Origin: Myxococcota bacterium
GTDB taxonomy: Bacteria > Myxococcota_A > SURF-8
Assembly: GCA_965140415.1 (NCBI GenBank)
Contig: OZ223209.1
Coordinates: 293,974 to 357,973 of the forward strand
Direction of reading: 5' to 3'
Length of the DNA: 64,000 nt
The notes under the pieces are model-generated. The model was not told where the DNA came from, did no database searches, and worked only from the letters and a program-made list of their open reading frames with translations. A program made the position numbers and the translations under genes. How positions within the stretch are numbered: position 1 is the first letter of the stretch; every line of letters begins with the position of its first letter. Below are positions 10,379 through 19,836 of the stretch, one piece after another.

Positions 10379-11118
10379 CGACGCACCAGCAGATATCCGC
10401 TACCGCGAATCGATTTGATGTTTCTGGGATCGTAGCCGACCGCCTGTAGCTTGCGCCGAATCCGAGAAATATGAATGTCGATGCCGCGATCCAGGCCGTC
10501 GTAGGCGGCCCCCATAATATCGTTGTAAAGTTCGTCCCGGGTCACCACTTCCCCCGCCTGACGAGCCAGCAGCCAGAGAATGTCGAACTCGATACCGGTC
10601 AAGTCCACCAGATGTTCATTGATGCGCAATTCGCGCGATTGCCGGTCGATCACGAAACCGCTGATTTCGATCCGTTTGGGATTTGGCATTTTCTGCGAGC
10701 CCTGGTCGTCACATGGGTGCACACGGCGCAGAAGGCTGCGCAGGCGCGCCAACAATAAACGCGGTTCGACCGGTTTGGTGACGTAATCATCCGCGCCGGA
10801 TTCCAGCCCGACGACTTGATCGATTTCGGTTTTATTGGCGGTTAAAATCAGGATGCCGCCCTGGTACTCGCGCCGCACCCGCCGACAGACCTCAAATCCG
10901 TCGATACCCGGCAATTTCAGATCCAATACTACCAGATCTGGGTTTTTACTGAAAATATGTTCCACCGCCCTTTCTCCGTGACTCTCCACAGACACGTTGA
11001 AATGACTGGCGCTTAGATATTCTTCCAGTAATGCGGCCAGTTTGGCGTCGTCTTCGACAATTAAAATGCTGCTGGAATTCACGAGTTGGTCCTTGCTGTT
11101 AATGGAATCATTCCACAT
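10375..11118 (-). CDS. OmpR/PhoB-family response regulator
   Basis: Receiver domain (ILIVEDD...DLVVLDLKLPGIDG...TKP) plus winged-helix output domain (RIRRKL...GSGYLL). Confidence 0.85.
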   Translation of the reverse strand: MWNDSINSKDQLVNSSSILIVEDDAKLAALLEEYLSASHFNVSVESHGERAVEHIFSKNPDLVVLDLKLPGIDGFEVCRRVRREYQGGILILTANKTEIDQVVGLESGADDYVTKPVEPRLLLARLRSLLRRVHPCDDQGSQKMPNPKRIEISGFVIDRQSRELRINEHLVDLTGIEFDILWLLARQAGEVVTRDELYNDIMGAAYDGLDRGIDIHISRIRRKLQAVGYDPRNIKSIRGSGYLLVRR

Positions 11119-11237
11119 AACCCCAATTCATTTATCCTAACAAAGGCAACGTGAAAGATCCATGGCAGAAATGCTGAGAAACGTTACGTGGCACAATGAT
11201 ATTCCTAACAAAGACATACAAAATCCCTTTACACAAT

Positions 11238-11266
11238 CTTAACATTATCTTAACATTACGCTAACA
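11238..11266 (+). promoter_or_regulatory. Phased direct repeats (CTTAACA x2 and CTAACA, about 11-bp spacing), candidate response-regulator operator
   Basis: tCTTAACAtta tCTTAACAtta cgCTAACA; further CTAACA hexamers at about 11138 and 11205. Lies between the OmpR-type regulator gene and the phosphoesterase gene. Confidence 0.3.
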
Positions 11267-11359
11267 AAACGGGTTGGAGCACCCGTGGATGAGGGATGTC
11301 CATTCCTGAGTTGTACACCCTTCAAGAATAAAATCATGTTGGAAATCAAGAGGTTGCAT

Positions 11360-12661
11360 ATGAAACGTTCACAGGCGCTGTTGGCTTTGGTTGTAATGGT
11401 CTGGCTGTCACTGTTCTTGTTTGCCTGCAATGAGGATGATTCAACGCCGGATGGCGATACGGATTTCACGGAAGATGCGGAAGCGATCGATGGCGATCTG
11501 GAAGCGGAACAGGAAGAGATTCAGCCCAATCCCAATGATGAATTGGCCAAACTGACGATACACCCTTACATTCAGCGCGTGTCGGAACGCGAAATCACCA
11601 TCGCCTGGGAAACGGATTTAGAAGCCTCCAGTCGGGTGGAAATCACACCGCCGGAGGGCGACCCCTTCGAAGTACGTGGGGAAACCTTTAAAATCGAAAT
11701 CCGCGACGATCTCGACCTGGTGCGCATGGATGCTCCCGAAGGCTTCCAGCACGTTGTTGTCGTCAAAGAGCTGGAACCATCTACCAATTACGATTACCGC
11801 GTGGTCTCTTTGGAGGAAGCTTCCGAAAGCTACAACGTTCATACCGCGCCTGCACCGGGCGAACCGCTGCGTTTCGTCGCCTACGGTGATAACCGCACCA
11901 ACCCCGACATTCACGCAGAAGTTGCCGACGCCATTGCCGCGCAAACTCCCGATCTGGTGCTGAATACCGGGGATCTCGTCGAGACCGGCTTTGCGCTGGA
12001 CGAGTGGCTGGAATTCTTCGAGGCGGCTACATATGCCTCCTCCGCGCCGACACTTCCCGCCGTTGGCAATCATGAAGCGTTTGGTGGCTTCTCCCTGTTC
12101 GCCGGGTATTTCTCCAGTTTCTTCGAGAACATGAACATGGACGTCCCCCTGGCGACGACCTACCGCTACGGTGGTTTGTGGATTCTGGTGCTCAACTCCC
12201 AGTTGAACATCGAAGATGGCACCGATCTGCGCAAATTCGCGGAAGAAAAACTGAAGGAAGCCGATAACGATCCGGGAATTGAGTTTCGTTTCGTGATGCA
12301 CCATATTCCGCCGTATACCTGGTCCAATCACAGTTCCGAGGATTTCGTTTCTCTGGAAGGTCGGGAACAGTTGCACGCACTGTATAAAAAGCACAAGGTC
12401 ATGGCGGTACTGAACGGTCACAACCACTGCTACGAGCATTTCGAACGCGAAGGCATCCATTATCTGGTGCTGGGTGGTGGCGGCGCGCCGTTGTACTCGG
12501 CGGATAGCAATGCTATCGAAGAGGAGCGCCCCTTCCGCGTGATGGGCAAGAAGGCCAACCATTACGCCCTGTTCGAAAGCCGACAAGATGGCTTCCAGGT
12601 CAGCATCAAAGAAATTCCCGGTGATCTGGAAATCGAGAACTTCCTGATTCACAAACCGTAA
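11360..12661 (+). CDS. Calcineurin-like metallophosphoesterase lipoprotein (purple acid phosphatase-like)
   Basis: ATG at 11360 with AAGAGG SD; lipobox (LFLFAC) and acidic linker; metallophosphoesterase motifs GDNR, GDLVETG, GNHE, NGHNHCYEH. Confidence 0.7.
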   Translation: MKRSQALLALVVMVWLSLFLFACNEDDSTPDGDTDFTEDAEAIDGDLEAEQEEIQPNPNDELAKLTIHPYIQRVSEREITIAWETDLEASSRVEITPPEGDPFEVRGETFKIEIRDDLDLVRMDAPEGFQHVVVVKELEPSTNYDYRVVSLEEASESYNVHTAPAPGEPLRFVAYGDNRTNPDIHAEVADAIAAQTPDLVLNTGDLVETGFALDEWLEFFEAATYASSAPTLPAVGNHEAFGGFSLFAGYFSSFFENMNMDVPLATTYRYGGLWILVLNSQLNIEDGTDLRKFAEEKLKEADNDPGIEFRFVMHHIPPYTWSNHSSEDFVSLEGREQLHALYKKHKVMAVLNGHNHCYEHFEREGIHYLVLGGGGAPLYSADSNAIEEERPFRVMGKKANHYALFESRQDGFQVSIKEIPGDLEIENFLIHKP

Positions 12662-12688
12662 AAGCAGAGGTCTTTTGGGTATTGTAGC

Positions 12689-12722
12689 GGCGCGGGAGGT
12701 TTTCCTCTCGCGCCGTTTGTGG
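12689..12722 (+). terminator. Hairpin terminator between convergent genes
   Basis: 11-bp stem GGCGCGGGAGG/CCTCTCGCGCC (one G-U) with TTTT loop, followed by GTTTGTGG. Confidence 0.5.
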
Positions 12723-12881
12723 TTATGGGATTAAGTAACCTGAGTAAGATGGGCAACTGTTTTGCCTGGATCATACGGGATTACAATCCCGCTCGTAACG
12801 TTTCGGAATCAGGATACAATCCGGATGCATCGTAGGGTAATTGCGCTTCAGGACAGGCTTTCTCCCCGACATCAATTGGCT

Positions 12882-14102
12882 CTAAAATTCCCGGGAGGAT
12901 TTGTAGCGTCCGAACAACGCTTTCAAATCGATGGTCTTATAGGGACCATCGGTGGCGGGTCGGGATTCCATGGAAAGATACAGCTTTTTCGTGACCGGCT
13001 CGAAAATCATGGCCTGCAAGGTCAACCGATCCAGATGGACTCCGGCCAGTACCGCCTGCATGTCTTCGAGTGTCAATAAACTCGTGCTGGTGGATTTTGC
13101 GCTCTGGCGCAGGTGCAGAAAGCGCTCGTCTTCCTTGCGGTTCTTCCAGCTTTTACTTACGAAATAATTCGTGGCGTACAACGCATCCTGCACCGGATAG
13201 CGAAAGCGGGTGAAGTTGGGAGAAACTTCGCCGATGGTCGCCCGCCCGCGCCGATCCACCATCGTCAGGTTGATCGAACTGGCAGGACCGTTATTGCCCA
13301 AGATCTGCAAGGCGGCGTCCAGGGTTTCCGCTTCTTCCAGTATGCGTCGCACGAGCAACGTCACGGGATAGCCGCCGGGGATCTGATTGCCGGTGTAGGA
13401 AATATTCATCGTGACCGCCAGCCCGGCGGCATTCATACCACTGACGACACCCACCATTCCCGGCCAGCCGATGGCCACGAATGGAACTTTCCCGCTCTTG
13501 CGCACGTGCAGCAGCAGGTCATAGCGCCCAGCCAACCCATATGCAGGAAAATCGAGCGTGCGGCCAAGCAATGGAACGGTTTGTTGAGTTCGCCCGGCAC
13601 CCACGAAAAAGGTAGAGCAGAGCGCGGAAGGATCGAGATCCAGAAAGCTGTTGGCCAGCAGTATGTCGTCGTAGGACACCTCGGCGGCGTCCGCCAGGGC
13701 GTGCATTTCGGCCAGTACATCGTGTGGCAATGACGCCTCGAAGGTTTTCGCCGTTTCCCGCGCATGTTGCAGGCGCGCTTCGTCCAATTCGAAATAGCGT
13801 GGCAGGTAGGCATTCACCAGAATGCGCACCTGCTCGCCCAATAATCGCCCATGCGCTTCTCCCAAAGCACCGGCATCGCCCCAGAAGGTTGCAATAGGCA
13901 GACCCTGCAAACGTTCCAACTTGCCGCCGGGCGCTTCGGCGTTTTCTTCGTAGCCGCGCGGGATGGGATCTAACACCACATACGGCGAATACGGAAGCAG
14001 AGTCACGAACTGTGTAAGCAGTACAGCTATGACCGCGTGCAGAACAAGCAGTGCCAAAACGATACGCCAGCGGCGCAGCAGATAGCGATAAAGTGCTTTC
14101 AT
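12882..14102 (-). CDS. Membrane-anchored Ntn-hydrolase-like protein (peptidase C45 / acyl-CoA:6-APA acyltransferase-like)
   Basis: N-terminal signal anchor; candidate nucleophile block ALCSTFFVGAG. Likely ATG at 14102 (GGAG SD) rather than the listed TTG at 14126. Family assignment is tentative. Confidence 0.4.
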   Translation of the reverse strand: MKALYRYLLRRWRIVLALLVLHAVIAVLLTQFVTLLPYSPYVVLDPIPRGYEENAEAPGGKLERLQGLPIATFWGDAGALGEAHGRLLGEQVRILVNAYLPRYFELDEARLQHARETAKTFEASLPHDVLAEMHALADAAEVSYDDILLANSFLDLDPSALCSTFFVGAGRTQQTVPLLGRTLDFPAYGLAGRYDLLLHVRKSGKVPFVAIGWPGMVGVVSGMNAAGLAVTMNISYTGNQIPGGYPVTLLVRRILEEAETLDAALQILGNNGPASSINLTMVDRRGRATIGEVSPNFTRFRYPVQDALYATNYFVSKSWKNRKEDERFLHLRQSAKSTSTSLLTLEDMQAVLAGVHLDRLTLQAMIFEPVTKKLYLSMESRPATDGPYKTIDLKALFGRYKSSREF

Positions 14103-14122
14103 GAGACTCCGTGGGGTTTCAT

Positions 14123-14971
14123 TCAACCTTCATACAACAAAACGTTATCGATCAGCCGAACCGGACCGAAATGTGCGGCGACCGCCATCACTGCGGGTCG
14201 ATCCAACTGCACAAGCGCGTTCAGATCGTCTGTGGAAACAATTTGGACGTAGTCGATCTTTCCCGAACCAGCCTGTTGAATCTTTTCGCTTACTTCCGCG
14301 ATCAGTTTTTCGACATCCCGCTCCCCGGCCTGCACTGCGTCTTTGGCCGCGAACAACGCCTGTGAAATCACCACGGCGCGGCGGCGATCGTCTTCGGACA
14401 AGCGCGCGTTGCGGGAACTCATGGCCAGACCGTCGGCCTCACGCACGGTGGGAAAACCGATCACTTCGATATCGAAGTCCAGATCGCGCACCATGCGGCG
14501 GATGATCGCCAACTGCTGGAAATCCTTGGCTCCGAAAACGGTGTGAGTGGGTTGCACGACATTGAACAGTTTCGTGACCACCGTGGCGACACCGCGAAAA
14601 TGTCCGGGGCGCGTCGTTCCGCAGAGTTCGCGCTCCAAATCTTTCAATTGAACGTAGCTCGCGTATCCCGGCGGGTACATTTCTTCTGCGGAGGGGTAAT
14701 AGACCACCTCGCAGCCTTCATCGCGGCACTTTTGCAGATCGCCTTCTTCGTCGCGCGGGTATTTCTCCAGATCGCTGGGATCGTTGAACTGCGCCGGATT
14801 GACGAAAATCGAAACCACCAGCTTTTCCGCGTGGCGGTTGGATTCACGCATCAACTCCAAATGGCCTTCGTGCAAGTAGCCCATAGTGGGAACGAATCCG
14901 ATAGTATGGCCCGCCATTCGCTGCTGGGTGGACCAGTCGCGCATCTGCTTAACGTGTCGAATGATCTGCAT
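14123..14971 (-). CDS. panC: Pantoate--beta-alanine ligase
   Basis: N-terminal IGFVPTMGYLHEGHLEL signature; ~280 aa, the usual PanC length. Confidence 0.9.
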   Translation of the reverse strand: MQIIRHVKQMRDWSTQQRMAGHTIGFVPTMGYLHEGHLELMRESNRHAEKLVVSIFVNPAQFNDPSDLEKYPRDEEGDLQKCRDEGCEVVYYPSAEEMYPPGYASYVQLKDLERELCGTTRPGHFRGVATVVTKLFNVVQPTHTVFGAKDFQQLAIIRRMVRDLDFDIEVIGFPTVREADGLAMSSRNARLSEDDRRRAVVISQALFAAKDAVQAGERDVEKLIAEVSEKIQQAGSGKIDYVQIVSTDDLNALVQLDRPAVMAVAAHFGPVRLIDNVLLYEG

Positions 14972-15031
14972 GGTCGTTTCCTGTTATCGGTAAAGGGCCG
15001 CCCGTCGCGTTACCAAAGACGGCGGCAGGGA

Positions 15032-15706
15032 TCAATCGTTTTTACGGGGTCGTAACGGAAGATTGGTTTGCGGGCTGAAGTGATGCACTCCGCCCTTGAT
15101 CGACTGGATTTTCTCGTATAATTCCACAAAGTCTTCCGCCTGCTCCACGAAATCGATCTGTTCGGTGTTCACCATCAACAGCGGCGTTTCGCGATAGCTG
15201 AAGAAATAGTTGTTGTAGGCATTGACCACCCCCTCCAGGTAATGAGGGGTCATCGACGATTCATACTTCTTGCCGCGCTTGTTGACCCGTTCGATCAGAC
15301 GTTCCACCGAGGCGTACAGGTACACCACCAGATCCGGTTGAACCGGCGCTTCCTCGTTGACGACATGCTCGTAAAGCCGGTTGTACAGTTTCAACTCGGC
15401 GGCAGAGAGCGTCAATTCCGCGAACAAGCGATCCTTTTCGAACAGGTAATCGGAGACGGTGTTTTCGTGGAACAGATCGGGTTGAAAGAGTTCCTGCTGC
15501 TGTTTCCAGCGAGAAAGCAGAAAGAAAACCTGGGTTTGGAACGCACGCTGTTTGATGTTACCGTAATAATCGTGCAGGAACGGATTTTCCTCCACGTTTT
15601 CCATCACCATGCGCGCATCGAGCTTGGCCGCCAGCATTTCCGCCAACGTACTCTTACCCACCCCGATGGGGCCTTCGACCACAATGTATTTCGGCTTGTT
15701 CGCCAC
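15032..15706 (-). CDS. Deoxynucleoside kinase
   Basis: P-loop YIVVEGPIGVGKST followed by ENPFLHDYY, characteristic of the dNK/dGK family; ~224 aa. Confidence 0.8.
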   Translation of the reverse strand: MANKPKYIVVEGPIGVGKSTLAEMLAAKLDARMVMENVEENPFLHDYYGNIKQRAFQTQVFFLLSRWKQQQELFQPDLFHENTVSDYLFEKDRLFAELTLSAAELKLYNRLYEHVVNEEAPVQPDLVVYLYASVERLIERVNKRGKKYESSMTPHYLEGVVNAYNNYFFSYRETPLLMVNTEQIDFVEQAEDFVELYEKIQSIKGGVHHFSPQTNLPLRPRKND

Positions 15707-15806
15707 CGTTTACCCCGTATCAAAAACGTTGACAGTAGTATACCCAAACCGCCCGGCTTGTAAATGAACTTTCGGCAGCCTTTTTTACCGCTGGACGAGG
15801 CGGAAA

Positions 15807-17345
15807 TCAGGCCGGCTCGGCGTCTTTATCCTGCGGATCGTCCGGCGAATCTTCGTCGTGATCGGAAAGCACTTCAACACCTTCTCCGCCCTGAATCACC
15901 TTTTTCAGCAGCAAGATCAAAATCGGCGACGAAATCGTCATCAAGCCGATAATGTACCACATTATCTCGCCCTGACAGACGTGATGCGCCACCTCTCCAT
16001 CGCACATCCAGCGCACGACTTCCCCGGTGCATTCTCCATTGACCATCTCGCCCAGGCAGTGGTTTTCAAGCACCGTTCCCTTGCAATCCGGCGTTTGCGG
16101 GCAGTAGCCGTTCAGCATATAACCACTGACGCCACCGACCATCAACTTGGCAATAAACATCGGTGCCGCGGAAAGCGCCATGTAGGAACCTTCTCTTCCC
16201 TTTGGCGCGATCATGGCCGTGTATTCATACAGGCGCGGTGACCAGAACGCCTCGCCGATACTGAGCAGCACCACAAAACCGATGGCGGCCCAATACGGAG
16301 TGATCGAATCCAGAATGGGAATGGAACCGATACACAGGAAAAAGACCGACAGGCCCGAGACAATGGTGCCCCAGACAATCATTTTGAAGGCCGGAACCTT
16401 TGCCGTAAGGGCGGTGACAATCGGGACGATAAAGATAATAAGGAATGGATTGATGCCGATAATGGTTCCCCAGGGCGCATCGAAACCGAAGGTGCGTTCC
16501 ATGTATTTGGGGAAGGTGGCGTCCATATGACGGAAGATGAAGCGAACGCCGATCAATAACACGATGAACAGCAGAAAACGCCAGAAACGCGACGTGCTGG
16601 CGATTTCCCACATGATTTGCCAGGGCGTACCGGTTTTCGGCTTGAATTTCTGAGCCGCACCTTCCTGAGACACATCGATTTCACGAATGAAGAAGACGGA
16701 GACAATCAACATCAATAACGTGGCGATAGTGCCTGAAAGCAGCAGCAGGCGATAAGGCGTCAGATGCACCATGCTCCACATACCGAAGAAGTTGGTGTCG
16801 ATACCTTCGCGGAAACCTTCGCGGAAGCCATCTACCGCCGGAGCCGCCACCAGCGCGGCCACGTTCATCATGACGTAAAACAGCGAAAATCCGAAGGAAC
16901 GGTTGCTGTCGTTGGTATAACGCCGGATACCGGTCATCATAACGGGAATGCCAAGCGCAGTTCCCAATGGCAGCGCGGAATACAACATCGCCGACATCAC
17001 GTAAGTGTTTGTAGTGACAGTCAAAATGAATCGACTCGCCAGCAGGATCACCGAACCCAGGATCATCGATTTGCGCACGCCGAGATTGTCGATAACGAAA
17101 CCGATCAACAGACCGTACACGGAAATCAGCATGCCGAACAGGCCATAGGCCCAGCCCGCTTCTACATCGGTAAAGCCGAATTCCTTGGACAGGTACATCA
17201 CCAGCACGTAGGACATCGAAAAGTAGGCGTAGCTCTCCAGAAACTTCAGACCGTAAACGATCCACAGCTCGCGCGGCGCGCCCTTGAGTACGGCAAAACG
17301 TTGAAAGAAGGGTACTTTTTCTTCAGCAGCGGCCATGATCGTCAC
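15807..17345 (-). CDS. MFS transporter (POT/PTR2-like) with Cys-rich insert
   Basis: 12-TM-type hydropathy; N-terminal block ELWIVYGLKFLESYAYFSMSYVLVMYL resembles the POT signature; Cys-rich segment CPQTPDCKG...CLGEMVNGECTGEVVRWMCDGEVAHHVCQGE before the last TM. Confidence 0.5.
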   Translation of the reverse strand: MTIMAAAEEKVPFFQRFAVLKGAPRELWIVYGLKFLESYAYFSMSYVLVMYLSKEFGFTDVEAGWAYGLFGMLISVYGLLIGFVIDNLGVRKSMILGSVILLASRFILTVTTNTYVMSAMLYSALPLGTALGIPVMMTGIRRYTNDSNRSFGFSLFYVMMNVAALVAAPAVDGFREGFREGIDTNFFGMWSMVHLTPYRLLLLSGTIATLLMLIVSVFFIREIDVSQEGAAQKFKPKTGTPWQIMWEIASTSRFWRFLLFIVLLIGVRFIFRHMDATFPKYMERTFGFDAPWGTIIGINPFLIIFIVPIVTALTAKVPAFKMIVWGTIVSGLSVFFLCIGSIPILDSITPYWAAIGFVVLLSIGEAFWSPRLYEYTAMIAPKGREGSYMALSAAPMFIAKLMVGGVSGYMLNGYCPQTPDCKGTVLENHCLGEMVNGECTGEVVRWMCDGEVAHHVCQGEIMWYIIGLMTISSPILILLLKKVIQGGEGVEVLSDHDEDSPDDPQDKDAEPA

Positions 17346-17535
17346 CTGTTGGGTTGGGGGTTGTCCTCCACTCGACTCTGCAAAAAATTCACTTTAGAAT
17401 CCCATAGAAATGTGTCTGTAGTCATATCTCGGAACCGGGTTTGGGGTCAAGCGTTTTCGGGGGAATGGCGGGTTGACGCCTCGCCGCTACAGACAACATC
17501 AATGGTAATGATTGAGAACTTACGAGAAATTTCTC

Positions 17536-18102
17536 TTAACTGTTAGAGGATAACAGCTTTTCACGCACCTGGGCGCGGCTACGCTTCAATCGGGATTTGA
17601 CAGCGTCCTCGCTCAAATTGAAATGCTCGGCGAGTTGCCGGATGGATTCGTCCATGCCTTCATGACGAAACAGCAGTTCCCGGTTCACGCCCTCCAGCTT
17701 GTCGAGAGCTTCGTGTAAGCGCTCTCCCTGCTCACCCAGGATCAAGGATTCTTCCTGGTTCTGATCGCCGTTGTCTAAAAGAGATTCCTCCATGGAATAG
17801 TGCAGATTGGGATCGTTTATCTTGCCGCGCCGAACGCGCGCGCAGGAAGAGATCACGATTTTTTTCAGCCAGGCTTCCAAAGGCGCCTCACCCCGGTAGC
17901 CTCCAAGCGAGGTCATCATGGTCAACATCGTTTCCTGCAACGAATCCTGAGCCAGTTCATTATCTCGGCAGCGAGCCAGGGCAAAGTTGGAAAGTTGCCG
18001 GTGAAAACAGTGGGCTACCTGTTCGATCAATGATTGGTCCGGCTCCGTTTCCCGCAATAACGTTGCGAAATCCGGACATTTATTATCTCGATTCGAACTC
18101 AT
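17536..18102 (-). CDS. ECF-type RNA polymerase sigma-70 factor
   Basis: Region-2-like (LAQDSLQETMLTM) and region-4 HTH (LAEHFNLSEDAVKSRLKRSRAQVREKL). Start moved to the ATG at 18102 (AAGGAAAG SD), giving ~188 aa. Confidence 0.7.
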   Translation of the reverse strand: MSSNRDNKCPDFATLLRETEPDQSLIEQVAHCFHRQLSNFALARCRDNELAQDSLQETMLTMMTSLGGYRGEAPLEAWLKKIVISSCARVRRGKINDPNLHYSMEESLLDNGDQNQEESLILGEQGERLHEALDKLEGVNRELLFRHEGMDESIRQLAEHFNLSEDAVKSRLKRSRAQVREKLLSSNS

Positions 18103-18348
18103 TCGACTTTCCTTTGAAAACGACTTCGCACCCTGCATAGCACGAAGCTCGACAGGAGGCAAGAGACAGCATCGCTGAAAACCGGTAAGACGAGCTTTTG
18201 TCAAATTCTTCTCAAAGGCCTGTGAAACTCCAAGTCACTTTTTTACATTTTCTGCGACACCAATTCGATCCGAACTGGCTCCTGTTAAGGCGGAAGCAAA
18301 GTCACACAGTCCGCAGCACAATTAGCAAATTATCCGGGAGACAACGGA

Positions 18349-19749
18349 ATGACGCGAGTTGATGAAATGAAATTGTTTGTAATGATGTTGATAATTCTAG
18401 GAATTTCAGGAATTCCGCAGCTGTCCCGCGCAGAAGAAATGACTTTGGAAACCTGTTTTGAACGAGCGTTGGAGCATAATGAGAATTTAAAAGCGGCGCG
18501 TCTGGAGATTCAAGCTCGCGAACACGACAGCAAAAGCGTTCGCAGCCATTTTCTTCCCGTTTTACGAGCGGAAGCCAACGCCCTGTTCTGGGATTCGGGC
18601 AATCGCTACAGTTTCGATGTAAGTGGTTTTCAACAGCTTTTCGATGGTTTTGCCGGACAGCTCGGTTTTTCACCGGCTCCGCAAGTCCCGCCCATGGAAG
18701 TTCAAGTCCGCGAGGATATTACCATCGATACGACCGTGATGCTGATCCAGCCCCTGACCCAGTTGGTTCAACTTGCCTATGGATTTAAAGCCACCGAACA
18801 AATGGCCCAGGCTGCCCGCGCGGAAGGTCTGACCGAACGTCATCACCTGGAGCTGGAAGTCGTCAAGTCCTTCTTCGCGAATTTGAGCGCCAAGGAAATG
18901 CTGCTTTCCGTGGAACAGGCACAAAAACAGGTGGAAGCCTATATCGAACAGACTCAGAACTATTTGGAAAGCGGCCTGGTGGAAAAGGACGCCATGCTGA
19001 AGATTCAAGTGCAGGCAGCGGAATTGAAGCAGGCCCGCCTGCAAGCCGAAAAGGGCGTGCGCCTTACGACGGCGATGCTGAACATGTTGATGGGCCGCCC
19101 GCTAGACGCCGACTTGTCACTGTATTGCGCCAGATGCAAAAACCCGTCCCTGCAATTAGAAGAAACCCTGGATAGCCAGCAGAGAGCCGCCGTGGAAAAT
19201 CGTCCGGAGCTGATGAACGCTCGTTATCAGGCCACGGCAGCCCAGCATGCACGCTCGGTCGCCATTGGAGAAATGTTGCCTGAAATCAATCTGGTAGCCG
19301 CCTACAAGAACAATTATGGCATGGGCGATCTGATGCAGGAAAACGAGTTTTTCGGCGGGGTCATGCTGACTTGGAATGTCTGGGATTGGGGCGCAGGCTA
19401 CCACAAAGTGAAAGCTGCTGAGTTGCGGCGCGATCGCGCTCAAGCCAAGATTCGCGCCGCCGAGGACGGTATCCGGCTGGAAGTGGAACAGAAACGGCTG
19501 GATCTGAAAAATGCCAACGCGTTGTATGAAGTGGCCATGAGCAAGCTGCTGCTTGCCGAGGAAAACCTGCGTCTTGAGACCAATCGTTATGCCGCCCAGC
19601 AAACCACCACGACGGATCTGCTTTCCGCTCAAACTGCCGAACTTCGCGCCAGAAACGATGTCACCGTGGCTGCGATGACCATCGAGGTGGCGCGTCGGGA
19701 TTTAATGAAAACGCAAGGCATGGATTTGTTTGAAGACGAAACGAAATAG
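18349..19749 (+). CDS. TolC-like outer membrane efflux protein
   Basis: Signal peptide; two-repeat coiled-coil/beta architecture typical of outer membrane factors; first gene of a three-component efflux operon. Confidence 0.75.
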   Translation: MTRVDEMKLFVMMLIILGISGIPQLSRAEEMTLETCFERALEHNENLKAARLEIQAREHDSKSVRSHFLPVLRAEANALFWDSGNRYSFDVSGFQQLFDGFAGQLGFSPAPQVPPMEVQVREDITIDTTVMLIQPLTQLVQLAYGFKATEQMAQAARAEGLTERHHLELEVVKSFFANLSAKEMLLSVEQAQKQVEAYIEQTQNYLESGLVEKDAMLKIQVQAAELKQARLQAEKGVRLTTAMLNMLMGRPLDADLSLYCARCKNPSLQLEETLDSQQRAAVENRPELMNARYQATAAQHARSVAIGEMLPEINLVAAYKNNYGMGDLMQENEFFGGVMLTWNVWDWGAGYHKVKAAELRRDRAQAKIRAAEDGIRLEVEQKRLDLKNANALYEVAMSKLLLAEENLRLETNRYAAQQTTTTDLLSAQTAELRARNDVTVAAMTIEVARRDLMKTQGMDLFEDETK

Positions 19750-19836
19750 TACGCATTGCAAAACGAAGATACCGAATCGATTCCCGGTTCGGACAAGGAT
19801 TGAGGATTACGCAATTTCGACCGGAGGAAATGAAAC

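Noticed and set aside
11618-12652. 344-aa minus-strand ORF opposite the metallophosphoesterase gene
   Set aside because: Shadow ORF; the plus strand carries clear metallophosphoesterase motifs, the minus translation has none.
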